In this document: positions 38,401-50,408 of the stretch, one piece after another
Numbering within the stretch: the first letter of the stretch is position 1
Layout: each line of letters starts with the position of its first letter
NCBI GenBank assembly: GCA_028826165.1
Contig: JAPDFW010000004.1
Coordinates: 38,350-102,349 of the forward strand
Length of the DNA: 64,000 nt
From: Anaeramoeba ignava BMAN
Taxonomy: Eukaryota > Protista > Anaeramoebae
Direction: 5' to 3'
Program-made: the position numbers and the translations under genes
Notes under the pieces: model-generated
What the model was told of the DNA's origin: nothing
Databases searched by the model: none
The model's input: the letters and a program-made list of their open reading frames with translations, nothing else

Positions 38401-39454
38401 TTTATAAATATATTTAATTTATAAATAATATTTAATTTATAAATATATTTAATTTATAAATAAATTTAATTTATAAATATATTTAATTTACAAATATATT
38501 TAATTTATAAATATATTTAATTCATAAATATATTTAATTCATAAATATATTTAATTTACAAATATATTTAATTTACAAATATGTTCAATTTATAAATAAT
38601 ATTTAATTTATAAATATATTTAATTTATAAATAATATTTAATTTATAAATAATATTTAATTTATAAATATATTTAATTTATAAATAATATTTAATTTATA
38701 AATAATATTTAATTTATAAATATAGGAAAAATTTTTTCAAAATAAAATAATTGAAGCGGATCGAGATTTAGTAGAAAGTAACTCTGACGAAATACTTGAG
38801 AAAGCAAAGAATCACAAAGTATCATTTCTTGTAGTAGGGGATCCATTTTCAGCAACAACACACATGGATTTATATTTACGAGCAAAAAAAGAAGGAATCG
38901 AAGTAACAGTAGTTCATAACAGTTCAATATTAACAGCAGTTGGAAGCTGTGGATTGCAGCTATATAACTTCGGACAAACAGTATCAATCCCTTTTTTTAC
39001 ACCAACTTGGAGACCAGATTCTTTTTATGATAAAATTGTTGCTAATTCAAATTTGGGATTTCATACTTTATGTTTATTAGATATAAAAGTTCGCGAACAA
39101 TCAGTTGAAAATTTATTAAAAGGAAATAAAATTTATGAACCGCCTCGTTTTATGTCTATAAATCAAGCTATTGAACAACTTCTTGAAATCGAAGAATATA
39201 AAAAAACTGGTGTTTGTTCTCCTGATTCTTTTGCTGTTGGTTTGGCTCGTGTTGGTTCTAATTCTCAAATTATTAAATTCGCTAAACTTAGTCTTTTGAA
39301 ATCTTTTGATTTTGGAAAAGAATTACATTCTTTGATTATTGTCGGTAAAACTCATCCTGTTGAAGATGAAGCTTTAGAATTTTTTAAATTAGTGGATTTA
39401 GATGAAAAATTAGATGAAAAATTAGATGAAAAATCAAATGAAAATCAAAATTAA
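35484..39454 (+). CDS. DPH5: Diphthine methyl ester synthase; exons 35484-35624 and 38726-39454
   Basis: [20 protein letters not shown]...FLEIYTS; EADRDLVE; [16 protein letters not shown]; [16 protein letters not shown]; [10 protein letters not shown]; YEPPRFMS; LHSLII. Phase-0 intron of 3101 nt. Confidence 0.97.
35630..38722. repeat. Intronic minisatellite (ATTTATAAATATATTTA, 17 bp), ~3.1 kb, in DPH5 intron
   Basis: Tandem 17-bp units with C variants (TTCACAAA, TTTACAAA, TTCAAAAA). Confidence 0.92.
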
Positions 39455-39935
39455 ATTTAAAATAGAAAATCAAAATTAAAATTAAAATCAAAATTAAAAT
39501 CAAAAATGAAATGAAAATTAAATGAAAAATCAAAATCAAAATCAAAATCAAAATCAAAATCAAAATTAAAATTAAAATTAAAATCAAAATTAAATTAAAA
39601 TCAAAATTAAAATTAAAATCAAAACCAAAATTAAAATTAAAATTAAAAATGAAATCAAAAATCAAAATTAAATGAAAAATCAAAAATCAAAATCAAAATT
39701 AAAATTAAAAATCAAAATCAAATGAAAAATCAAAATTAAATGAAAAATCAAAATTAAAATTAAAATCAAAATTAAATTAAAATCAAAATTAAAATTAAAA
39801 ATCAAAATTAAATCAAAAAAATCTTTCTTTATTTAAATGAAATTTCAAAAAAAAAAAATCAAAAAGAAAAATAAATAGATTTTCATTTTGATTTTAACTT
39901 TAAATAAATTTCAACTTGAATTTATTTAATTAAAT

Positions 39936-41072
39936 TCAAACTCGCTTCTTTTTATTCTCAATACCATTTAAAATCTCAACAGTTTCATTAACCAAAGAAT
40001 CAATAATTTCATCAACTAAAAAATTTTCAACATAAAATTCAGCTTCATTAATAATATTATGATCCAAAAATAGATCTAAAGCAAAAGTCTTCTGAGAAAA
40101 TTCGCGCATATTTTCGTCACTAATAGGATTTGAATAAATAGAATCCAAATCTCGTTGAATTGAATTTCGTAAAGAATCGGGATTTTTTGTTGATCTAAAT
40201 AAAGAACGTGGATATTTTAACTTAAACATTGATGAAATCCATGGATGTTTTTTTGTCTGTTTGCGATGGTTTAATTCTTGATTCCGTTCGTGAACTATTT
40301 CATGTATAACATCTACTACCATTTTTTCTGATGGAGTCTTATTTTCGCTCTTGTCAGTAACTTCAATTATTTCATCGTTAATTTTAAAATTTAACGATCC
40401 AATTATTTTTTCTTTTTGATTTTCTTTTTTATTTTCTTTTTGATTTTCTTGAATTTTTTCTGAATTTATATTTGTTTTATATGGTGTTTGTGGGCTTTGA
40501 TTATTTGATGTTGTTGTTATTTTGTGGACTTCTATTTGTTTTTTTGGATTGAAATTTTGTTTTGAATTTTGGATTTTTTCAATAATTTCAATTGCTGATC
40601 TTTGTATTTCAAGTCTTTGAATTTGAAGAGTATAAAGTGAATTGCGAATTTCCATCAATCGAGTTTTGGATGTTTTTGGAAGTTGTTCAAGAGGTTGAAT
40701 TTTTGATTGGAATTCGGATATTTTTTGAGAAATAGAATTTTGATTTAAATTTTGATTTGAATTTTGATTTGAATTTGAATTTGAATTTGAATTTGAATTT
40801 TGATTTGAATTTGAATTTTGATTTGAATTTTGATTTAAATTTAAATTTGAATTTTGATTTAAATTTGAATTTGAATTTAAATTTTGATTTGAATTTTGAT
40901 TTGAATTTGAATTTGAATTTAGATTTGAATTTAAATTTGAATTTAAATTTGAATTTGAATTTTGATTTGAATTTTGATTTGAATTTGAATTTGAATTTGA
41001 ATTTTGATTCTGATTTTTTTCTATTTGTCTTTTTTGTCTTTTTGAAGATCTAGAAATTAATCGTTTATTCAT
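39936..41072 (-). CDS. Hypothetical protein, N/S/Q-rich N-terminus and coiled-coil
   Basis: 378-aa ORF with a non-repetitive C-terminal half and TGA-type upstream motif; no family recognised. Confidence 0.7.
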   Translation of the reverse strand: MNKRLISRSSKRQKRQIEKNQNQNSNSNSNSNQNSNQNSNSNLNSNLNSNLNSNSNSNQNSNQNLNSNSNLNQNSNLNLNQNSNQNSNSNQNSNSNSNSNSNQNSNQNLNQNSISQKISEFQSKIQPLEQLPKTSKTRLMEIRNSLYTLQIQRLEIQRSAIEIIEKIQNSKQNFNPKKQIEVHKITTTSNNQSPQTPYKTNINSEKIQENQKENKKENQKEKIIGSLNFKINDEIIEVTDKSENKTPSEKMVVDVIHEIVHERNQELNHRKQTKKHPWISSMFKLKYPRSLFRSTKNPDSLRNSIQRDLDSIYSNPISDENMREFSQKTFALDLFLDHNIINEAEFYVENFLVDEIIDSLVNETVEILNGIENKKKRV

Positions 41073-41200
41073 TTTTATTTAAAATTATAATTAAAATAAA
41101 AAGGATAAAAAAAAAATGATAAAAAATATTTTTTGATTTTTTTTCTTTTCATTTTTTTCATTTTTTCTTTGTTTTTTCTTTTTAATTAAATTTAATATAA

Positions 41201-42497
41201 ATGGCGTAAAATCAAATTTTCTGTTAAATAATTGAATTGAAAAAAAAAAATTGATAAAAAAAATTATTTTTATTTAAATATTTAGAGGTGGAATAGTTTT
41301 CCAATTTATTTGTCAATTAATTTGTACCAGTGCAATTGTAATACCTTCTATGGTTGTTGCATCACAAGATAAAAATTTGGTATTGGATCTAATCATAATT
41401 AAAAATTAAAATTAAAATTTATATTGAAATTAAAACCAAAATCAATATTAAAAATTAAAATCAAAATCAAAATTAAAATCAAAATTAAAATTAAAATTAA
41501 AATTAAAATTAAAACTAAAATTAAAATTAAAATTAAAATTAAAATCAATATTAAAATCAATATTAAAAATTAAAATTAAAATTAAAATTAAAATTAAAAT
41601 TAAAATTAAAATTATAATCAAAATTAAAATTAAAATTAAAACTAATATCAAAAATTTAAAATCAAAATCAAAATCAAAATTAAAATTAAAATTAAAATTA
41701 AAATTAAAATTAAAATTAAAATTAAAATCAAAATCAAAATTAAAATTAAAACTAATATCAAAATTTAAAATCAAAATTAAAATCAAAATTAAAATTAAAA
41801 TTAAAATTAAAAATTAAAATTAATATTAAAATTAAAATTAAAATTAAAACTAAAACTAATATTAAAATTAAAATTCATTTACAAAATTAAAATTAAAATT
41901 AAAATTAAAATTAAAATCAATATTAAAAACTAAAATTCAAAATTAAAATTAAAATTAAATATTAAAATTAAAATCAAAATTAAAATTAAAATTAATATTA
42001 AAATTAAAATTAAAATTAAAATTAAAATTATAATCAAAATAAAAATTAAAACTAAAATTATTAAAATAAATAAAAATAAAAAGACTTGCGAACACCCTCT
42101 TTGGGCTTGGGTTCTTACTTGCAATATAACTTTATTAGGAATGGCAGCAATATATTCACTTGTTTTACTTTGGGATAATCCATCATTTCAAAGAGCAGCA
42201 TCAATAATTTACTTATTAGGAATGCTTTTTATTTTAATTTGGGCAATAATTGGATTAGTTTGGTCAACAGGAGAAAATGTATAAATTCATTTTATCAATT
42301 AAATTTATAAAATTATTAATAAAATTAAATATTAATAGAAAAGTAAATGCGGAAAATTAAGTACAGTTACTCTTGGTGAATCCGCTTTTTTCATATCTTT
42401 TACTGGGTTAATTTGTATTATAATGTGCGTCGGTTTGATTTGCTATCAAAAAGTCCAATTCTTCAAAGATTTCCAAAATCCAAAATTACTTATTTAA
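41201..42497 (+). CDS. Small four-transmembrane protein; exons 41201-41205, 41286-41379, 42084-42278, 42339-42497 (absent from ORF track)
   Basis: Spliced: MAGGIVFQFICQLICTSAIVIPSMVVASQDKNL|TCEHPLWAWVLTCNITLLG...FILIWAIIGLVWSTGEN|KSKCGKLSTVTLGESAFF...KLLI*. Three GT-AG introns keep frame; four hydrophobic segments with Cys in the two luminal loops. Confidence 0.75.
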
Positions 42498-42775
42498 AAA
42501 AAAAAAAAAAGCAAAAAAAAAATTTTTTTTCATTCTCCTTTTTTTTTTTGGAAATTTTAAAACCAAATTCGAAAAACAAAAAATAATTTTCTTCTTTCTA
42601 AATTTATTCTTTCAAATTTTTTTTTTAAAAAAGTAAAAAGCAAAAAAAAAAAAAAGCAAAAAAAATTCTCAATCAATTTAAAAAATGAAAAAAAAAAAGA
42701 TTTGAATTTCTTTTTTTCATTTTTTTTTTTTCATTTAGTCATTTTTTTCTTTTAATCTTATTGTGTTTATTAATA

Positions 42776-44252
42776 ATGAAATCAGAAGAAATAATCAAAG
42801 AAGAAGAAACGGAAAATAATAATAACAACAACAATGATAATAACGAAAATCAAGAAGAAAAAAACGAAAATCAAGAAGAAAACGAAAAAAATGAAGAAGA
42901 AAAAATATCATTTCAAATAACATTTCTCAATAACTCTTTGGAGCCCATCTCGCGAGGGGAATTGATGCTCTCAAAAGAGAAACTCCAAATCACAACGGAA
43001 CAAAGCTTTTTCTCATTGAATTTCCCAGAAGTCACGATATCTTTTTCAAAATCAAATCAAAAAGTTGTGAAACTGTCATCAATTTCCTCAATGGATATCG
43101 CGATGATGGTCGCCTTTGACGATTTTGAGACATCGTCTTCATTTGTGGAGGCCTTCCAGAGATTGAGTCATAAGGTGCAAGATGAAAATGTTGAAAAACA
43201 AGGAGCAGAAAAATGGTGTTCGTTCCAAATCCAAATTTTGAACCAACAATTAAAAACAATTGATTCAGGAAATTTGAAATTATATGAAGAGAAGTTGAGC
43301 ATAGAGGGAACAAAAGAGAAATACATGTGCCAAATCGACTCTCATCTACGAGTGCAACGATTTTCACAAGGAAAATCACTGTTCCGTTTTGTTTTTCCAA
43401 AAAAAGCAAAAAAGGGTTTTTGTAATGGCGTTCCTATTGTTCTTGTGGAGTTCTTTTCGGAAGAAGAGGCCTCTTTTTTCCTCAAGAAGTACTCTTCATA
43501 TCTCCAAAAATCTAGGCAAGACCCCAAATCAATGTCGCAAGGAAATGAACAAGTGATCAGAACGCCAAATGTTTTTACAGTCAAAATTCTCGATAATTTT
43601 TTGAATTTTAAAAGAGATGGTCAATTAATTCTTTCTCAAAATGAAATTCGTCTTGTAACTGACCCTTCAATTTCGGAAAAATTCCCTCTTAATAATACTT
43701 TTTCAATTAAGATCCATCCAAAAAATGAAACCGTTTTGAAAATTGAAAATTTAAAAGGAAAATCAAAATGGAAATGCACTTCAAATAGAAGTTTAGTTCA
43801 ATTTGAATCGAAAACAAATTTGGACATTTTTCTTGCGAATTTTCGACAAATTCGATCTGAACAAGCAAAAAGAAGAAGTAAAAAAAGAACAAAAACAAGA
43901 ACAAGAACAAGAACAAGAACAAGAACAAAAACAAAAACAAGAATTGACTTTTAATATCACTTATTTGGATAACAGACTAAATTCAAAATCAAGTGGTCTT
44001 TTCAAAATTTTAACCTCAAAAATTCAATTGTTTTCTGGCCAAAATGTTATTGAGGAATTTTCTTTTCAAGAACCACTTTCTGTTCAAATTCATCCAAAAA
44101 GTGATAAAGTTCTCAAAATTAAAAGTTCAAAAGGTAAAAAAGGTGTTTGTGTTTCTAATCAATCTTTTATTCAATTTAATTCTTCTCAAGAATTAAGAAA
44201 TGGTTTTGAAAATTATAAACAATTTCGTTCTAATTTCCATCAAAAAAAATAA
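42776..44252 (+). CDS. Protein of four tandem ~100-aa (possibly PH-like) domains; apparent one-base insertion near 43870
   Basis: Repeats start FQITFLNNSL..., FQIQILNQQL..., FTVKILDNFL..., FNITYLDNRL..., each followed by G.(L/F).(I/L) and a terminal helix. The fourth repeat lies in the overlapping ORF 43803-44252, joined at an A-run. Confidence 0.7.
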
Positions 44253-44660
44253 AAAAAAAAAAAGAAGAACAAAAAAAAAGAAGAACAAAAAGAAGAACAA
44301 AAAAAAAACTTTTTTATTTTTATTTTCTTTTTATTTTTCTTATTTTGACTCAAATAAAAAAAAAATTAGTAATTTTGAAAAAAAGTTTACTAATGAAATA
44401 AAAAAAATTTTTTTTTTAAATTTTTTTTTTCTTTTTTTATTTTCATTTTTTTTTCATTTTCAAATAAAGGTTAGTTTTATAAAAGAAATTATATAAAAAT
44501 AAAAATAAAAATAAAAAAAAACATTTTTGAAATGAAATTTACAACCAAAAACAAAAAAAAACACAAACAAAAAATGATTTAAAAACAAAACAAAACAAAA
44601 TGGAAATTAAAATTTAAAAATTAAAAAATATTCAAAACAAAAACAACAGTTGTCAAAGTC

Positions 44661-45997
44661 ATGAAGATAAACATTGCAAATCCAAGTACAGGACTTCAAA
44701 AAATTATAGAAGTTGAAGAATCAAGAAGATTACAACCTTTTTATGAAAAAAGAATAAGTCAAGAAGTGCCTGGAGATTCATTAGGAGAAGAATATAAAGG
44801 ATATATTTTCAAAATAACAGGAGGAAATGATAAAGAAGGTAAAAAGCATTTTAATTCAAAATTTATATTTATATTTAATTTCAATTTATATTTAATTTAT
44901 ATTTAATTTATATTTAATTTATATTTATATTTAATTTATATTTATATTTATAATTATGTTTAATATTTAATTTATATTTAATTTATATTCAATTTAATTT
45001 CAATTTAATTTATATTTAATTTATATTTATATTTAATTTATATTTATATTTATATTTAATTTATATTTAATTTATATTTAATTTATATTTAATTTATATT
45101 TAATTTATATTTATAATTAATATTTATATTTAATTTATAATTTTAATTTATATTTATATTTCTTTATAATTTATGTTTATATTTATATTTATATTTATAT
45201 TTAATTTATATTTAATTCATATTTAATTCATATTTATATTTATATTTATATTTATATTTATATTTATATTTATATTTATATTTATATTTATATTTATATT
45301 TATATTTAATATTTAATTTATTTTTATATTTATATTTATATTTATATTTATATTTTATATTTAATTTATAAATAAAGGTTTCCCAATGAAACAAGGTATT
45401 CTCGTTCCTCATAGAGTTAGACTTTTACTATCCAAAGGACACAGCTGCTATCGACCAAGAAGAGACGGAGAAAGAAGAAGAAAATCAGTTAGAGGATGCA
45501 TAGTTGGACAAGATTTATCAGTATTAAATTTAGTAGTAGTAAAAAAAGGAGTTGCCGAAATTGAAGGATTAACCGACAGTGTAATTCCCCGAAGATTAGG
45601 GCCAAAAAGAGCAAGCAAAATTCGCAAATTATTTGACTTGAAAAAGTATGATGATGTGAGAAAATATGTTGTTAGAAGAGAAATCCCCCCAAAAATTGAA
45701 GGAGGAAAAACAAGAACAAAAGCCCCAAAAATTCAACGGCTTGTCACACCTGTTGTTCTTCAACGCAAAAGAAGAAGATTGGCTCAAAAAAAAGCAAATA
45801 GACTCAGACACGTTAAACAAATGCAATGGTATAAGAAACTCGTTCAAAGAAGAAACAAAGAAGCTCAGAAAAAAAAAGTTGATCATTTAAAGAAGAAAAA
45901 AGAAAAACTTGCCAAATGGAAAAATTCCCTCAAAGAGAAAAAAAACAATTCAAAAAACAATGACAATCAAATGAAGACAGAACAAAAAAAAAACTAA
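44661..45997 (+). CDS. RPS6: 40S ribosomal protein S6 (eS6); exons 44661-44838 and 45378-45997
   Basis: [14 protein letters not shown]...[10 protein letters not shown]|GFPMKQG...[20 protein letters not shown]...[16 protein letters not shown]...[11 protein letters not shown]. Confidence 0.98.
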
Positions 45998-46299
45998 TCG
46001 TTTTTACTTCAAAGATTTTCAATTAAATTTTTAAATTCAATTTTTAAATTCAAATTTTAAATTCAAATTTTTTTTTTGATTAATAGAAGTTTAGATTCTC
46101 TCTTCATTTACTTCTCAAAAACAACAAAAACAAAAACAAAAACAATAACAAAAACAATTTTAATTCAAAATTCTTTCTTTTTTTAATACTTTTTTTTTAA
46201 AATTTTTTAACTTTTCTTCATATTATCTCTTTTTCTTCCTTAATAAAAAAGTTTTAAAAATCATTTATTTTGAAAAGGATTTTGAAAAAGAATTTTGAA

Positions 46300-46825
46300 A
46301 AAGAATTTATTATTAATATTATTTAATTTTTAATAATAATTTATTTATTATTTTGTAATAAAATTAATTAAGAAATAATTTTAAAAAAGAATTTATTATT
46401 AATATTAAATTAAAATTATTAAAAATAATGAAATAAATTTAAAACAAAAATTGAATAAAATTTTATTTAATTTTTAATTATAATTTATTTATTATTTTGT
46501 AATAAAATTAATTAAGAAATAATTTTAAAAAAGAATTTATTATTAATATTAAATTATTATTATTAAAAATAATGAAATAAATTGATTAAAATATTTTATT
46601 TATTTTTACTAAATTTTTAATTATAATTAATTTATTATTTTGTAATAAAATTAATTAAAAAATAATTTTAAAAAAGAATTTATTATTAATATTAAATTAT
46701 TATTATTAAAAATAAAGAAATAAATTGATTAAAATATTTTATTTATTATTTTATTTAATTTTTAATAATAATTTATTTATTATTTTGTAATAAAATTAAT
46801 TAAGAAATGATTCAAAAAAGATCTA
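46300..46825. repeat. AT-rich ~144-bp satellite, ~3.5 copies
   Basis: Anchor AATAAAATTAATTAA at about 46357, 46501, 46644 and 46789. Confidence 0.85.
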
Positions 46826-46977
46826 GTTATTGAACTTAATTTTTATTAATTTTTATTTGAATAGCAAAAAAAGAAGAAAATAAGAAAGAAAATTTAGTTA
46901 AAAAACCAAAAGCAAAATTTCAACTTTTTTTTTTTCATTTTTTTTTGAAATAATTCCTTAAACAAACAAAGAACAAG

Positions 46978-49269
46978 ATGATGAAACTATTTACAATTAT
47001 TTTGATTATTTTTCTTTTAACAAAACAAATTTTCAATAATTATGAGTTAACAAAAGTTGGAAATCAATGGATTCGAAAACAAATTATTTATCCAAATAAT
47101 CCAGCCAATGATATTACATTTGGAGTAAGTATTTCAATTTCCAATAATGTTATGGCAATAGGATCTCCAGGTAATAATGGAAATTCTCCTCCTGGAAGAT
47201 CTTATGTATTTGAGAAACAAAATTATAATTGGATTCAAACAGCTCAACTTCCTAATAATAACAATAAAAGTGATGATTTATTTGGATTCAGTATTTCAAT
47301 TTCTCAAGATTCTTCTGTTATTGTTGTTGGTGTCCCTAATGCAACTGTTTCTGGAAATGATAATCAAGGCAAAGCTTATGTATTTACAAAAAGTGGAAAT
47401 GAATGGATTCAAACAAAAGAATTAAATGCAAGTGATGGACAAACTGGAGATCAGTTTGGATATAGTGTTTCTATTTCAGAAAGAGTTATTCTGATTGGTT
47501 CTCCTTTTGCATCAGTGAATGGAAATTCAGAACAAGGAAAAGTATATGTTTGGGAAGGAAATGATAATGGAACAATTTGGCAACAAAAACCTACTTTAAC
47601 AGCAACAAATGGACAAACAAATGATCAATTTGGAAAAAGTTTATCAATTTCAAAAGATTCTTCTCTTATTGTAATTAAATCTCAACAATCTAGTTCTCAA
47701 CAATTCACAGCTCATATTTTTCAATCAAATGAAACATATTGGAATGAAGAAGAGAATTTTACTGTAAGTGGAATAGAAGAGTATGATTGGGGAAGTGAGA
47801 TCTCAGTTTCTGAAGATGCTTCAACTTTTGTTATGGGTATTCCTGGAAATGATTATAATCAAGGGAAAGCATATGTTTTTCATTACAATGGTTCGATTTG
47901 GAATAATCAAACTATCATTCCAAATAATACATCAGGTAAATGTTGTTTTGGATTCAGTGTTTCAATTTCTCAAAATAATTTACTTGTTGGAGATCCTGGT
48001 TCAGATATTCTTGGAAAAATTGCATATTTGTTCCAAAATAATGGAAGTGGATGGAATCAAGAAGAACAATGGTTTCCACAAAATCCAGTTGATAACGAGT
48101 GGTTTGGTCAAGCAGTATCAATTTCAGAAGCTATTTCTGCAGTTGGATCTCCTTATTTGACTTATGATGGATTTAAAAATGCGGGAGATGTTTACATTTA
48201 TGAATTTATTTATGATCAAGTTAATATTTTGAATTGTAGTTCTTTATTTTCTTCATTTGATTGTTATTGGAATGAAATTCTTCCAATAACTTATGATATT
48301 GAATATCAAATCAATTATACTATTAATAATGAACAATGGGAAACAATTCAATCTCCAATTCTTACTGATAATATTTTCTTTCAAATTTTCAATTCATCAA
48401 TTTATCCTAATATTACAGGAAATGTTGATTATACAATTCAAATAAGAATTTGTAATTCATCATCTCAAATTTGTGGAGAAAGTTCAAATCCTTTTTCTTT
48501 AACAACAAGAATTGATTCAGTTAAGAATTTTACATTTGAATCAATAAAAGCAACATCAGTGATGATTTCATGGAATCCACCTAATGTTCCTGTAATCAAT
48601 TCTATTCCAAAATTAGATCATTATCTTCTTTTTTATCAAAAACAAGATTCAAATGAAACTAAGAATGTTTCAATTTCTAATTCATCAACTTCATATGAAT
48701 TAACTGAATTAGATTCATTATCAAATTATTCAATTTCAATATGTGGATGTGAAACTTATGAATGTTTAGGAAATTATCAAGGAGAAATTATTTCAACAAC
48801 AATTTTGACCAAATTTGGACCTGTTTTAAATCTTCAATGTTCAATTTCCAATTCATTTTATATTTCATGTTATTGGGATAAACCAAATGATTCAATTAAT
48901 CCTTCTTATTATAATTTTACTTATCAAACAATTTCAGAAAATGATAATGGAAATTTTGATACAAATTTAACTTCTCAAAATTTTACAGCACAATATTCAA
49001 ATCAAATTTATCAAATTAATATTTCAGCTTGTGATTCAAATGAAATATGTGGTGATATTTCTTCAATTCAAATTGGAAATCAACAAACCTCTTCACAATC
49101 ATCAAATTCAAAAACAGTTATAATTGTTTGTTCAACAATTATTCCAATTGTTGTTATTTTTGGAATTATTTTGATGATTTTTTTGATAAGGAAAAAAAAG
49201 AAAAAAAAGAATAGAGAAGGAGGAGTTTCAATGGATTATTCAGTTTTGAATGATGGAGGAGATTCATAA
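46978..49269 (+). CDS. Type I membrane protein: FG-GAP beta-propeller + fibronectin type III domains, copy A (intronless)
   Basis: Signal peptide; repeated FG.S(V/I)SIS...(I/V)G.P...GKAYVF motifs; FN3-like ISWNPP...Y.L.Y...Y.ISI; TM helix IIVCSTIIPIVVIFGIILMIFLI then a poly-Lys stop-transfer. Confidence 0.88.
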   Translation: MMKLFTIILIIFLLTKQIFNNYELTKVGNQWIRKQIIYPNNPANDITFGVSISISNNVMAIGSPGNNGNSPPGRSYVFEKQNYNWIQTAQLPNNNNKSDDLFGFSISISQDSSVIVVGVPNATVSGNDNQGKAYVFTKSGNEWIQTKELNASDGQTGDQFGYSVSISERVILIGSPFASVNGNSEQGKVYVWEGNDNGTIWQQKPTLTATNGQTNDQFGKSLSISKDSSLIVIKSQQSSSQQFTAHIFQSNETYWNEEENFTVSGIEEYDWGSEISVSEDASTFVMGIPGNDYNQGKAYVFHYNGSIWNNQTIIPNNTSGKCCFGFSVSISQNNLLVGDPGSDILGKIAYLFQNNGSGWNQEEQWFPQNPVDNEWFGQAVSISEAISAVGSPYLTYDGFKNAGDVYIYEFIYDQVNILNCSSLFSSFDCYWNEILPITYDIEYQINYTINNEQWETIQSPILTDNIFFQIFNSSIYPNITGNVDYTIQIRICNSSSQICGESSNPFSLTTRIDSVKNFTFESIKATSVMISWNPPNVPVINSIPKLDHYLLFYQKQDSNETKNVSISNSSTSYELTELDSLSNYSISICGCETYECLGNYQGEIISTTILTKFGPVLNLQCSISNSFYISCYWDKPNDSINPSYYNFTYQTISENDNGNFDTNLTSQNFTAQYSNQIYQINISACDSNEICGDISSIQIGNQQTSSQSSNSKTVIIVCSTIIPIVVIFGIILMIFLIRKKKKKKNREGGVSMDYSVLNDGGDS

Positions 49270-49329
49270 TCAAATAAACAAACTTGAAACTCTTAATTTA
49301 ATTCTTCTTAATTCTTCTTAATTCTTCTC

Positions 49330-50240
49330 CTCTTAATAAAATTAATTAAGAAATGATTTTAAAAAATAATTTATTATTAATATTAAATTTATTATTATTA
49401 AAAATAAAGAAATAAATTAATTAAAATATTTTATTTATTATTTTATTTAATTTTTAATAATAATTTATTTATTATTTTGTAATAAAATTAATTAAAAATA
49501 ATTTTAAAAAAGAATTTATTATTAATATTAAATTAAAATTATTAAAAATAAAGAAATAAATTAATTAAAATATTTTTATTTAATTATTTTATTTAATTTT
49601 TAATTATAATTAATTTATTATTTTGTAATAAAATTAATTAAAAATAATTTTAAAAAGAATTTATTATTAATATTAAATTATTATTATTAAAAATAATGAA
49701 ATAAATTTGAAAAAATATTTTATTTATTTTTATTTAATTTTTAATAATAATTTATTTAATATTTTGCAATAAAATTAATTAAAAATAATTTTAAAAAGAA
49801 TTTATTATTAATATTAAATTTTTATTATTAAAAAATAATGAAATAAATTTAAAAAAAAAATTGAATATTTATTATTTTATTTAATTTTTAATTATAATTT
49901 ATTTATTATTTTACAATAAAATTAATTAAGAAATAATTTTAAAAAGAATTTATTATTAATATTAAATTTATTATTATTAAAAATAATGAAATAAAATTAA
50001 TTAAAATATTTTATTTATTATTTTATTTAATTTTTAATAATAATTTATTTAATATTTTGTAATAAAATTAATTAAAAAATAATTTTAAAAAAGAATTTAT
50101 TATTAATATTAAATTATTATTATTAAAAATAAAGAAATAAATTTGAAACAAAAATTGAATAAAATTTAATTTAATTTTTAATTATAATTTATTTATTATT
50201 TTGTAATAAAATTAATTAAAAAATAATTTTAAAAAAGATC
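49330..50240. repeat. Same ~145-bp satellite, ~6 copies
   Basis: Anchor at about 49335, 49481, 49627, 49768, 49914, 50061 and 50205; ends in the same AGATCTAGTTATTGAAC junction seen at ~46819. Confidence 0.85.
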
Positions 50241-50408
50241 TAGTTATTGAACTTAATTTTTATTAATTTTTATTTGAATAGCAAAAAAAATAGGAAAAAT
50301 AAATTACACACGTGGAAAGAAAATTTTAATTAAAAAAACCAAAACAACATTTCAACTTTTTTTTTTCATTTTTTTTTGGGAATTAATTACTTTTTTTTTT
50401 TAAAAAAG

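Noticed and set aside
50376-50408. Upstream TTG start for FG-GAP copy B (likewise the non-ATG starts at 42761 and 63880)
   Set aside because: Eukaryotic gene; alignment with copy A supports ATG 50409, an ATG is available at 42776, and HSP70 continues upstream of 63880.
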